Part shown: piece after piece, positions 7,512-15,269 of the stretch
How the letters are laid out: every line of letters starts with the position of its first letter
Position numbering within the stretch: the stretch's first letter is position 1
Source: Armatimonadota bacterium
GTDB lineage: Bacteria; Armatimonadota; UBA10988
Direction: 5' to 3'
NCBI GenBank assembly: GCA_016235455.1
Contig: JACRKZ010000175.1
Coordinates: forward strand, 1 to 16,210
DNA: 16,210 nt
Program-made: the position numbers and the translations under genes
The notes under the pieces: model-generated
Database searches by the model: none
What the model was told of the DNA's origin: nothing
What the model saw: the letters and a program-made list of their open reading frames with translations, nothing else

Positions 7512-8840
7512 GTGAATGCTCGACCCGACGATCCGCTGGCGCTGCTCGTTGCGGAGTACCTTCGCACGCGCGACACCGCGGTGCGGGACGAGATTGTGCT
7601 CGCCGCCATCGACCTGGTCGAGCACATCGCGCAGCGCTACCGCTTCGCCGCCGAGCCGGTGGAGGACCTCATCCAGGAAGGCACCATCGGCCTGATCAAC
7701 GCGGTCGAGATGTTCGATGGCAGCCGGGGGGTGAAGTTCACCACTTACGCGTCCCACGCGGTGCAAGGCGCCATCCAGCACTACCTGCGCGACAAGGGCA
7801 AGCTGATCCGCGAGCCGGGCTGGCTACACGATCTCAACCAGAAGATCGGCAAGGCCCGCGGGCGGCTCAACCACACGCTCGGCCGTGAGCCGTCGTCCGC
7901 CGAGTTGGCGGCCGACCTGCAGATGCCCGAGCAGCAGGTGAGCGACGCCCTGGCCACGCGCGGCGTGTTCCGGGTCAGTTCGCTCGAGCAGCCGCAGGGC
8001 GACGAGGGCGACGGTACCTACAGCGTCGTGGAGCACGATGCGGCGCGCGTGGAGCTGCCCGAGAACGCCGAGACCCCCGTGGTGGACCGGCTGGCCATCG
8101 AGGAGGCCCTCGGACGCCTGCGCGCCATGGAGCGGCAGGTCGTGCTCGACTTCTTCTTCAACGACCTCTCCAAGACCGAGATTGCCCGCCGTCTGGGTTA
8201 CTCGTCGAGCCACGTGGCCCATCTGCTGCGGCGCGCGCTCAAGCAGCTCAAGGATGCGTTGATCGTCGATGAGCGCAACCTGGTCCGCCGGCAACTACGC
8301 AGCCTGGAAGGCCAGTTGGCCGACTATGCTCGACGCGTGGAAGAAGAGACGATCCGCGACGACCTGACCGGGCTGTACAACCGACGGTATCTGCTGGACC
8401 GCTTGGATGAGGAGCTGTCACGCTGCCAGCGCTACGGCTTCCTGCTCAGTGTCGTGCTGGTCGATCTCGATGGATTCGAGGCGTATCTGGGCGAGCACGG
8501 TCGCGCCGAGGCGGATCAGGCGCTGATGGCCGTGGCCCGGCTGCTGACAGCGGCCTCGCGTCGCATCGACCGCATCTGCCGCTACGACGAGCGCCGCTTC
8601 CTGCTGCTGCTGCCCAACACCGGTCAACAATCGACGGTGCTGTGTGAGCGCCTCGTCGCCGCCGTCGACGCGCTGGAGCTCGGGCCGGGCGCGGCCGATG
8701 CCGGCCGTATCCGTGCCGTGTGCGGCATCGCTGTCTATCCTCTGGCCGGCGCCGATGCCGACGCGCTCATCGCCGCGGCAAACGACGCGGTGGTTCGGGG
8801 CCGTGCCAGCGGGCAGGGCGTGGTCATTTCGGGTGCGTAG
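7512..8840 (+). CDS. SigB/SigF/SigG-family sigma-70 factor fused to a degenerate GGDEF domain
   Basis: AGGAGG RBS at 7496-7501, GTG start. Region 2 EDLIQEGTIGLINAVEMFDGSRGVKFTTYA..YLRDKG; region 3 LGREPSSAELAADL; region 4 LSKTEIARRLGYSSSHVAHLLRRAL; helical linker; then DDLTGLYNRRY, VVLVDLDGF, RRIDRICRYDERRF, CGIAVYP. Confidence 0.92.
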   Translation: MNARPDDPLALLVAEYLRTRDTAVRDEIVLAAIDLVEHIAQRYRFAAEPVEDLIQEGTIGLINAVEMFDGSRGVKFTTYASHAVQGAIQHYLRDKGKLIREPGWLHDLNQKIGKARGRLNHTLGREPSSAELAADLQMPEQQVSDALATRGVFRVSSLEQPQGDEGDGTYSVVEHDAARVELPENAETPVVDRLAIEEALGRLRAMERQVVLDFFFNDLSKTEIARRLGYSSSHVAHLLRRALKQLKDALIVDERNLVRRQLRSLEGQLADYARRVEEETIRDDLTGLYNRRYLLDRLDEELSRCQRYGFLLSVVLVDLDGFEAYLGEHGRAEADQALMAVARLLTAASRRIDRICRYDERRFLLLLPNTGQQSTVLCERLVAAVDALELGPGAADAGRIRAVCGIAVYPLAGADADALIAAANDAVVRGRASGQGVVISGA

Positions 8841-8909
8841 GCAGCAAATCCAGGGTGTTGTCGCGCGGCGCTTGCGCCATAATGCCTAGTGTGTGGGGAG
8901 AGTCAGGCA

Positions 8910-10622
8910 ATGCGACGTTGGTCTGATCTGATGTACCTCGGCTGGTCGTTGGCCTTGGCCGCGCTGGTCGGCGTGTTGTTGTCCGGCGCCTCCGGCGCCT
9001 GGCTCGGCTGGGCGCTGCTGCCGTTGGCGGCTGGCGTCGTGCTGGGCCGCTGCGCCGAGTTGTCGCGGGCGGAGTCCTTCGCCCATGCCGCGTTCGTGGC
9101 TGCTGGCGTGGCCGCCTTCGGCTCGCTCAGCGATGCCAATCCCGGCGTCTGTGCCGTGCTCGCGGCCGGCTCGCTGCTGACCATGGCTGGCCTGGCGCGC
9201 TGGGGCAACCGCGCCACACGCATCTGGGTGGCGGCGATGGTGCTGCTCATCACCCTGGGTGCCGCGATTGCGCTCAACCGCGCCGTGCCCGGCGCCGCCG
9301 GCCGGCTGGCGGCCGAGCCGAGCCGCGATCTGCCCACCTCGGCCCTGGCCGATCAGCCCGAGATGTTCCTGCCGCTCGACCTCGACGACGCGGGTCGGCG
9401 CGTGGCCTTGTGGTCCATCCTCGACTCCGAGCAGACCGACGATGCACAGTCGATCTGGTCGCTGGACGTCAACGACGGCACGCTGCACAAGGTCTTCCAC
9501 GGCTATCCGCTGCCCCTCCTGGAATGGTCGCCAGCCGGCGATCGCTTGGTCTACCCAGCCTCCGAGAAGCCCTGGGATGAGGGCGCCGTGCCGTTCGGCA
9601 TCCATGTCGGAGCCGCCGCCGGCGGCTCGTCCAAGCGGTTGCCAGCCCCGGCTGATGGCGGCTCCTGGATGTACCCGAGTTGGTCCAAGCAGGGCAATCG
9701 GCTGGGCGTGTGGCGCCTGCCCGAAGCTCCGGAGTTCGGCTCCGTCGGTCCCCTCCGCGACCTACCGCGCAGCTTCGTGCTCTCGCCCGATGGCGGCGAG
9801 CCCACCGAGATCGCCGTCAAGGGCTGCCGGCTCTCGCTGCTCTCGGCCTGGGAGGCCGGCGGCGAGGGCGCGCTGATGATGACCGAGCACGGCATCTACT
9901 TGGTGCGGCCCGATGCCAAGCCCAAGCGGCTGGTCGCCGCCGGCGAGGCGCCGCTAGACCCGTTCCCGATGCCGCTGCAGTCCGGCGTGGCGCAGGATGG
10001 CAAGCACATTGCTTACCTCGAGCTGACCTTCAAGGGCGGCGACATCGACCGCATCGACGTCAACGTGATCGACATGAACGGCCGTGGCCGTGGCGGTATC
10101 GCCAACATCGTGCCGCTGGCCATGGGCTGGTCGGCCGATGGCAAGCTGTTCGCCGCGCTCACCCAGAACCGCCGCGGCGAGTTGCTGGTGAACGTGCTGG
10201 ATCCCGAGACGCGCCGCGTCAAGTCACTGCGCACCGGCCTGAAGCGCACCGACGAGGACTTCCCCTGCCGGCTGAGCGTCAGCCGCGATGGCAAGGTCGT
10301 GGCCATCAACGGCCCGCTCGACAAGGGTGCCATGCTGTCCGTGGCTATGGTGGATCTGACCAGCGGTGAGACCAAGCTGCTGCCCAACTGCCACAATCAC
10401 CTGGCCAGCGGCTGGCGACCTGACGGCTGGCTGGTGGTGAGCGACACGCAGACCGTCTCCGCAGTCTCGCCCGCTGGACAGCGCCAACCGATCTTCGTAC
10501 CGAGCGCCGCGGGCCGGTCCGAGGACCTGTGCTCCACCGCCATGCTGGAGACCACCTTCCGCCAGCCCATCGAGCGGCTGCAAGTGGCCGCCGAGATGGC
10601 CGTGCAACTGGCCCGCAAGTAG
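8910..10622 (+). CDS. Multi-pass membrane protein with C-terminal TolB/PD40-like beta-propeller
   Basis: About five hydrophobic helices in the first ~125 aa, then propeller-blade motifs WSPAGDRLVY, PSWSKQGNRL, QDGKHIAY, WSADGKLFA, SRDGKVVA, WRPDGWLV. ATG 8910 follows GGGGAG. Confidence 0.78.
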   Translation: MRRWSDLMYLGWSLALAALVGVLLSGASGAWLGWALLPLAAGVVLGRCAELSRAESFAHAAFVAAGVAAFGSLSDANPGVCAVLAAGSLLTMAGLARWGNRATRIWVAAMVLLITLGAAIALNRAVPGAAGRLAAEPSRDLPTSALADQPEMFLPLDLDDAGRRVALWSILDSEQTDDAQSIWSLDVNDGTLHKVFHGYPLPLLEWSPAGDRLVYPASEKPWDEGAVPFGIHVGAAAGGSSKRLPAPADGGSWMYPSWSKQGNRLGVWRLPEAPEFGSVGPLRDLPRSFVLSPDGGEPTEIAVKGCRLSLLSAWEAGGEGALMMTEHGIYLVRPDAKPKRLVAAGEAPLDPFPMPLQSGVAQDGKHIAYLELTFKGGDIDRIDVNVIDMNGRGRGGIANIVPLAMGWSADGKLFAALTQNRRGELLVNVLDPETRRVKSLRTGLKRTDEDFPCRLSVSRDGKVVAINGPLDKGAMLSVAMVDLTSGETKLLPNCHNHLASGWRPDGWLVVSDTQTVSAVSPAGQRQPIFVPSAAGRSEDLCSTAMLETTFRQPIERLQVAAEMAVQLARK

Positions 10623-10629
10623 GCCTGGG

Positions 10630-12606
10630 CTAGGGCGACGGCGCCATTCGCCACGGCACGGTGGCCGGCTGGCGGAACGGGCCGTCGCCCAGCCGGCTGA
10701 CCATGGCGTCGGTCAGGTTCTCGAACGCGAACAGGCAGACGCCTTTCAACCCGGCCTCGCGCGCGGCATACACTTGGTCGATCACCGCTTGGCTATTGTC
10801 TTCCAGCTTGTAGGCGCCGATGCCGCCAAAGATCTGGCCGCGCAGCCGCTCGTCGTCCACTGCGGCCAGTTCGTCGCCAATGCGCTTCTGGAACTTGCCC
10901 AGGTCGGTGTTGTAGGCCATGGGGCAGAGGAAGTTCACATACCCGCGGGCCAGCCAGGTGCGCCCGTCGCGGCGCACCTCGCTCAAGTCGGTCCGACGCG
11001 TGCCGCCCGCCGCGGAGACGACAATATCGGGCTTGACCGCGCGCGCCGCCGTCGAGCAGCGCCGCACGAGTTCGGTCACCTGGTCGACGCGCCACTGGTC
11101 CCAGACGAGCTCGGAACCCGGCTTGAGGCCTGTGCGTGCCGTGTTGACGATGCCGTGCTTCTCACCAAGCCAGGCCACCGCATTGGCCACCAGTCGCTGT
11201 ACCGCGGCGCTCTCGGCCGCGGCGCCCAGGTAGCAGTGGAAGTTCACCGACAGGATCGTGCCCTCGCCATAGGACTTCCAGGCCAATGCCGGCCGGCCGT
11301 CGGCAAAGCTGGCCAGCACCTGCGCACCGGCCGCCGATTGGCACAGGTTGCCCGACACGCGCAGCGCCAGCGAGGCCGGCACACCGGCCAGCACCGGATG
11401 GTCGGCCGCCGCCGCGAGCAGGCTCATCGGCACGTTGTCCGCGTAGGTGCGGCCAGTCAGGCCCACCGCGTCGGCCAGCGTGGCATCGTCGGTGACGGCC
11501 ACCGGCCCATCCAGGATCAGCACCGCGCCGCCTTCGCGCGCGAACCGCAGCACGCGCGCGATCTGCTCGGGCGGCACTTTGCCCGGATAGAGGTTGCCCG
11601 CCACAAGCACGGTGCGGCGCGACAGCATGGCCAGGTTCTCGGCCTCGACCAGCGCCGGCCGGTAGCCCGCCTGGCCCAAGAAGGCTTGCTGAGCAGCCAG
11701 CAACGAGCGGCCTTCGGTCTGGTGGTACTGGGTGCGGAGCAGCCTCATGCCGTTGCCGCTGGCCACTCCGGAGCGCAAGGCCAGCGGGTCGAAGCCCTTC
11801 TCCGCGAGGAACAGCCGCCGCGTGAACTCGCTGTAGTCGTAGTCAGTGTCGTACTCGTGGCGGATGTAGTCGTAGCTGACGCCGTCGACACCAGTGGCGG
11901 CCACCTCGGCGACGATCTGGCAGAGGAACTCGCGCACGCCTGGATGCGCCGGGTTGAGCCAGCCGTTGACCCGCTGGCCATGGCGGTCGACAACGAACCA
12001 CTCGGGCCGCAGGCACGGATGCTTGGTCAAGCCGCCGTGCAGCATGATCAGGTACGGATGCACCTGAATGCCGGCCGCATGCGCTGCCTTGGCCAGTTCG
12101 CGCAGCGGGTCGAAGCCCGCGGGCACGTCAGGATTGGTCGGCAGCAGGCGGCTGCGCCACATGGCCTGATGCGGGTAGTTGGCCAGCGGCAGCAAGGCGT
12201 TGAGCCCCGCTCGCGAGGCCCGGGCAACCGTGCGCGCGATGGCCTGCGGATTGGCGTAGTCCTCCCAATGCAGCCACGAGCCGCGGAACTCGCCGGGCAC
12301 GGGCTGGCAGGTGAAGGACTTGGCCAACGCCGGCACCGCAGCCACCGGACTGAGCGCGGCGGCCGCTGTCGGTTGCGCGGCCGGCGGCCCTGGCGGAGCG
12401 GGCGGCTGGCCCAAATCGAGCCCGCCGGATCCGCTGCCGGCGACATCGGCCGGCCGGGTCGCCGCGGGCTCGTCGCCGCCGCTGGGCCCACACAACGCCA
12501 GGATCACCAGTGCCAGCGCCACCGGCGCCGTGCCGGCCAAGAGCCAGCGTCGCGGCGAGCGCCAGCCACGCTTGGCCGCTTCGTTCGGTTGCCAGATAAG
12601 TGCCAA
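10630..12606 (-). CDS. Family 10 glycoside hydrolase-like protein (GHL10/DUF187-type) with an inserted ThuA/GATase1-like domain and N-terminal membrane anchor
   Basis: EFRGSW, AGLNALL, FDPLRELAKAAHAAGIQVHPY, WLNPAHPGVREF, VDGVSYDYIRH, WDQWRVDQVTELV, WLARGYVNFLCPMAY. TTG start with AAGGA RBS at 12620-12616. Confidence 0.85.
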   Translation of the reverse strand: MALIWQPNEAAKRGWRSPRRWLLAGTAPVALALVILALCGPSGGDEPAATRPADVAGSGSGGLDLGQPPAPPGPPAAQPTAAAALSPVAAVPALAKSFTCQPVPGEFRGSWLHWEDYANPQAIARTVARASRAGLNALLPLANYPHQAMWRSRLLPTNPDVPAGFDPLRELAKAAHAAGIQVHPYLIMLHGGLTKHPCLRPEWFVVDRHGQRVNGWLNPAHPGVREFLCQIVAEVAATGVDGVSYDYIRHEYDTDYDYSEFTRRLFLAEKGFDPLALRSGVASGNGMRLLRTQYHQTEGRSLLAAQQAFLGQAGYRPALVEAENLAMLSRRTVLVAGNLYPGKVPPEQIARVLRFAREGGAVLILDGPVAVTDDATLADAVGLTGRTYADNVPMSLLAAAADHPVLAGVPASLALRVSGNLCQSAAGAQVLASFADGRPALAWKSYGEGTILSVNFHCYLGAAAESAAVQRLVANAVAWLGEKHGIVNTARTGLKPGSELVWDQWRVDQVTELVRRCSTAARAVKPDIVVSAAGGTRRTDLSEVRRDGRTWLARGYVNFLCPMAYNTDLGKFQKRIGDELAAVDDERLRGQIFGGIGAYKLEDNSQAVIDQVYAAREAGLKGVCLFAFENLTDAMVSRLGDGPFRQPATVPWRMAPSP

Positions 12607-12621
12607 GCCACACAGTCCTTG

Positions 12622-12641
12622 GTGCGGGCCGCGGCCCGCAC
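12622..12641. repeat. Perfect 20-bp palindrome in the GHL10 leader
   Basis: GTGCGGGCCGCGGCCCGCAC is its own reverse complement; it lies between a minus-strand TACACT (12653-12648) and the RBS. Confidence 0.7.
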
Positions 12642-12788
12642 GCTCACAGTGTACCGGTTGGTGGCGCGACAGGGGAAGGCTACGGCCGACTCGCTACGTA
12701 ACACCGGGCGAAGCAGCTTGCTAGCAGAATCGCGCGGCACAGCGTGCGCCGCGGCCCGATCCGCCAGCCAGTCCCAGGCTCGCGGCGC

Positions 12789-12817
12789 TTGCGCGCAGGC
12801 GGGGTTAGTGTCACACT
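12789..12817 (+). promoter_or_regulatory. Putative sigma70 promoter of the metal ABC transporter operon
   Basis: TTGCGC (12789-12794), 17 nt, CACACT (12812-12817), preceded by TGn (extended -10). Confidence 0.45.
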
Positions 12818-12835
12818 TGCAATAGTATTGCGAGT
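12815..12835. promoter_or_regulatory. Fur-family (probably Zur) operator, 10-1-10 inverted repeat
   Basis: ACTTGCAATA-G-TATTGCGAGT, one mismatch; AT-rich in a high-GC background; 6 nt upstream of the znuA ATG. Confidence 0.72.
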
Positions 12836-12841
12836 AGACAG

Positions 12842-13738
12842 ATGCGACGCGCCTTGGTACTCACGTTCTCGCTGTTGGCCCTGGCCGGTTGCCGCCCCGC
12901 GGCCGCGCCGGCGGGGCGGCCGATTGTCGCGGCCACGATCTTCCCGCTGGCCTCGCTGGTGCAGCAGCTGGTGGGCAGCGAAGCGGACGTGGTGACGCTG
13001 GCGCCGAGCGGGGCGAGCCCGCACACGCTCGACCTGACCCCAGAGACGGCCCGGCAGTTGTCTTCGGCCAGCCTGGTGGTGCGCGTCGGTCCGGGCCTGG
13101 ACGACTGGGTTGCCAACCTGGCCGGGCCGCGGGCCGCGGTGTTCGAGGCCATGGGGCACGTCACGTTGCTGGACGGCAATCCCGAGACCGACCACGACCA
13201 TCTGGCGCACACTGGCGGCGCGCTCGACAAGGACCCGCATGTCTGGCTCGATCCGGATCTCATGGGGCGCGAGTTTGTGCCGGCGCTGGCCGCCCGGCTC
13301 ACCGAGCTGGGCATCCGCGGCGTCGAGCCGCGCGCGGCGGCGCTGAGGCGTGACCTGGCCGCGCTGGACGCCGAACTTTCCGCGCAACTCAAGCCGCTGC
13401 GGCAGCGCCGCTATGCCGGTGCGCATCCCGCCTGGGGCTATTTCAACCGGCGCTACGGGCTGGAGATGGTGGCGGCCGTCGAGCCCGTCGGCGGCTCGGA
13501 GCCGTCCGCGCGCTGGCTGCGCGAAGTGATCGAGACGGTCAAAGCCAAGGGTGCCGGCTGCCTGTTCACCGAGGTCCAGCTCAGCGACAAGCTCGACCGC
13601 GCCGTGGCCAAGGAGGCCGGCGTGCGCGTCGGCGTGTTGGATCCGCTGGGCGGGCCGGACATCGTCGGCCGCAACAGCTACGCCGCGATCATGCGCTACA
13701 ACGCGAAGCAATTCGTCGACGGCCTGGGGGGGAGCTGA
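12842..13738 (+). CDS. znuA: Zn/Mn ABC transporter substrate-binding lipoprotein (ZnuA/TroA family)
   Basis: Lipobox LAGC; VAATIFPL, GASPHTLDLTP, short His loop DHDHLAH, DPHVWLDP, HPAWGYF, EPS, LDPLG. Confidence 0.92.
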   Translation: MRRALVLTFSLLALAGCRPAAAPAGRPIVAATIFPLASLVQQLVGSEADVVTLAPSGASPHTLDLTPETARQLSSASLVVRVGPGLDDWVANLAGPRAAVFEAMGHVTLLDGNPETDHDHLAHTGGALDKDPHVWLDPDLMGREFVPALAARLTELGIRGVEPRAAALRRDLAALDAELSAQLKPLRQRRYAGAHPAWGYFNRRYGLEMVAAVEPVGGSEPSARWLREVIETVKAKGAGCLFTEVQLSDKLDRAVAKEAGVRVGVLDPLGGPDIVGRNSYAAIMRYNAKQFVDGLGGS

Positions 13739-14454
13739 TGACGACGGTCCTCGAATGCGACGACCTGCGCTTCGCCTATGGCGCCACGGAAGTGCTATGC
13801 GGCGTCAGCTTCTCCTTGCCCGCTCACGGCTTTGTCGGGCTGATCGGCGCCAACGGTTGTGGCAAGTCCACGCTCATGCGACTGCTGCTGGGCCTGCTCA
13901 CGCCGACCACAGGCCGTGTGAGCATCCTCGGCGAGCCACCGCTGGCCGCGGTGCGCCGGGGTGAGGTGGGGTATGTGCCCCAGCGCGACACCTTCTCTCG
14001 CACGTTCCCGCTGTCGGTGCAGGATGTCGTGGTCATGGGCCGCAGCGGCCGCATCGGGCTGGGCCGGCGGCCGAGCCAGGCGGACCGCGACGCGGCGCTG
14101 GCTGCGCTGGAGCGCGTAGGCGCGGTCGAGTGGCGTCGACGCAGCTTCGGCCGGCTGAGCGGAGGTCAGCAGCGGCTGGTGCTGGTGGCGCGGGCACTGG
14201 CCCAGGAGCCGCGCGTGCTGCTCATGGATGAAGCCGACACCGGCCTCGACGAACGGCGCCGGCAACACATCTACGATGTGCTGGCCGAGGTGCGACGGGA
14301 ACGCGATCTGAGCATCCTGGCCATCAGCTACCAGTTCGATGTGCTGGCCGGCGTCGTCGACTCCGCTGTGGCGCTGCGTGATGGCCGCTCGGTGGAATGG
14401 TGCCCGACGCACATGACCCACGCCCTGGCCGAGCACTTGGAGCCGACGCCGTGA
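13738..14454 (+). CDS. znuC: Metal ABC transporter ATP-binding protein (ZnuC-like)
   Basis: Walker A GANGCGKST, VGYVPQ, FPLSVQDVVVMGR, LSGGQQR, Walker B LLMDE; Cys/His tail CPTHMTH. TGATG coupling to znuA. Confidence 0.92.
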   Translation: MTTVLECDDLRFAYGATEVLCGVSFSLPAHGFVGLIGANGCGKSTLMRLLLGLLTPTTGRVSILGEPPLAAVRRGEVGYVPQRDTFSRTFPLSVQDVVVMGRSGRIGLGRRPSQADRDAALAALERVGAVEWRRRSFGRLSGGQQRLVLVARALAQEPRVLLMDEADTGLDERRRQHIYDVLAEVRRERDLSILAISYQFDVLAGVVDSAVALRDGRSVEWCPTHMTHALAEHLEPTP

Positions 14455-15269
14455 ACGATCTGATCGGCCTGTTCGGCTACGACTTCGCCCAACGCGCCCT
14501 GGCGGCCGGCCTGCTGTTGTCGGTCCTGGCCTCGCTGGTGGGCTTCTTTGTGGTATTGCGGCGCATGGCGTTCGTCGCCGTGGGCATCAGCCACGCCGCG
14601 CTGGGCGGCGTGGCCTTGGGTGTGCTGCTGGGCCAGTCGCCGACCGTCTGGGCCATCGCCTTCAGCATCGCCGTGGCGCTGGGCATGGCCGCGCTCGGGC
14701 GGCGCGGCATGGCCGAAGACACCGCCATGGGCGTGTTCTTCCCGGCGGCCATGGCCTTTGGTGTGGTGGTCATCGGCATGTCGAGCACCTGGCAACGCGA
14801 TCTGCTGACCTACCTCTTCGGCAACATCCTGGCCGTGCAGTCGAGCGACCTGTGGCTGCTGGGCGGGGTGACCGGCGTCGTCGTGCTGGTGACCGCGCTG
14901 TTCTTCAAGGAGCTCTTGTTCATCAGCTTCGATGAGGAGAGCGCCCACGCCGCCGGCGTGCCCGTGGCGCCGCTGCGCTCGCTGTTGCTGGTGCTCACGG
15001 CGGTGACCGTGGTGGTGTCCATCAAGGTCGTCGGCACGGTGCTGGTCAGCGCCATGCTGGTCATCCCGGCGGCGGCGGCGACCCAGGTCACACGGCGCTG
15101 GCAACCGATGCTGCTGGTCTCCGGACTGGTCTCCGCGGGCTCGCTGTTTGTCGGCCTGCTGGTCAGCTTCACCGCACCCAAGGGGCTGAATGTGCCGGTG
15201 GGTGCGGCAGCGGTGCTGGTCTCGGCCGCAGCCTTCGCGCTGGCCACGCTGGTCGGGCGCCGCGGCTAG
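14451..15269 (+). CDS. znuB: Metal ABC transporter permease (ZnuB/ABC-3 family)
   Basis: FAQRALAAG, VVLRRMAF..GISHAALGG, YLFGNILAV, ISFDEESA, IKVVGTVLVSAMLVIPAAAA. Start moved to GTG 14451 (GTGA overlap, GGAG RBS). Confidence 0.92.
   Translation: MNDLIGLFGYDFAQRALAAGLLLSVLASLVGFFVVLRRMAFVAVGISHAALGGVALGVLLGQSPTVWAIAFSIAVALGMAALGRRGMAEDTAMGVFFPAAMAFGVVVIGMSSTWQRDLLTYLFGNILAVQSSDLWLLGGVTGVVVLVTALFFKELLFISFDEESAHAAGVPVAPLRSLLLVLTAVTVVVSIKVVGTVLVSAMLVIPAAAATQVTRRWQPMLLVSGLVSAGSLFVGLLVSFTAPKGLNVPVGAAAVLVSAAAFALATLVGRRG

Noticed and set aside
5595-7781. 728-aa minus-strand ORF
   Set aside because: Antisense shadow of the PilQ-like and sigma genes; no domain motifs.
8358-8830. Active diguanylate cyclase call for the GGDEF domain
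   Set aside because: GG(D/E)EF reads DERRF and the KxxND/GHxxGD substrate residues are lost.
8858-8883. TTGTCG...CATAAT as a sigma70 promoter
   Set aside because: Spacer is 14 nt, too short; only the -10-like hexamer is supportable.
10774-12825. 683-aa plus-strand ORF
   Set aside because: Antisense shadow of the GHL10 gene.
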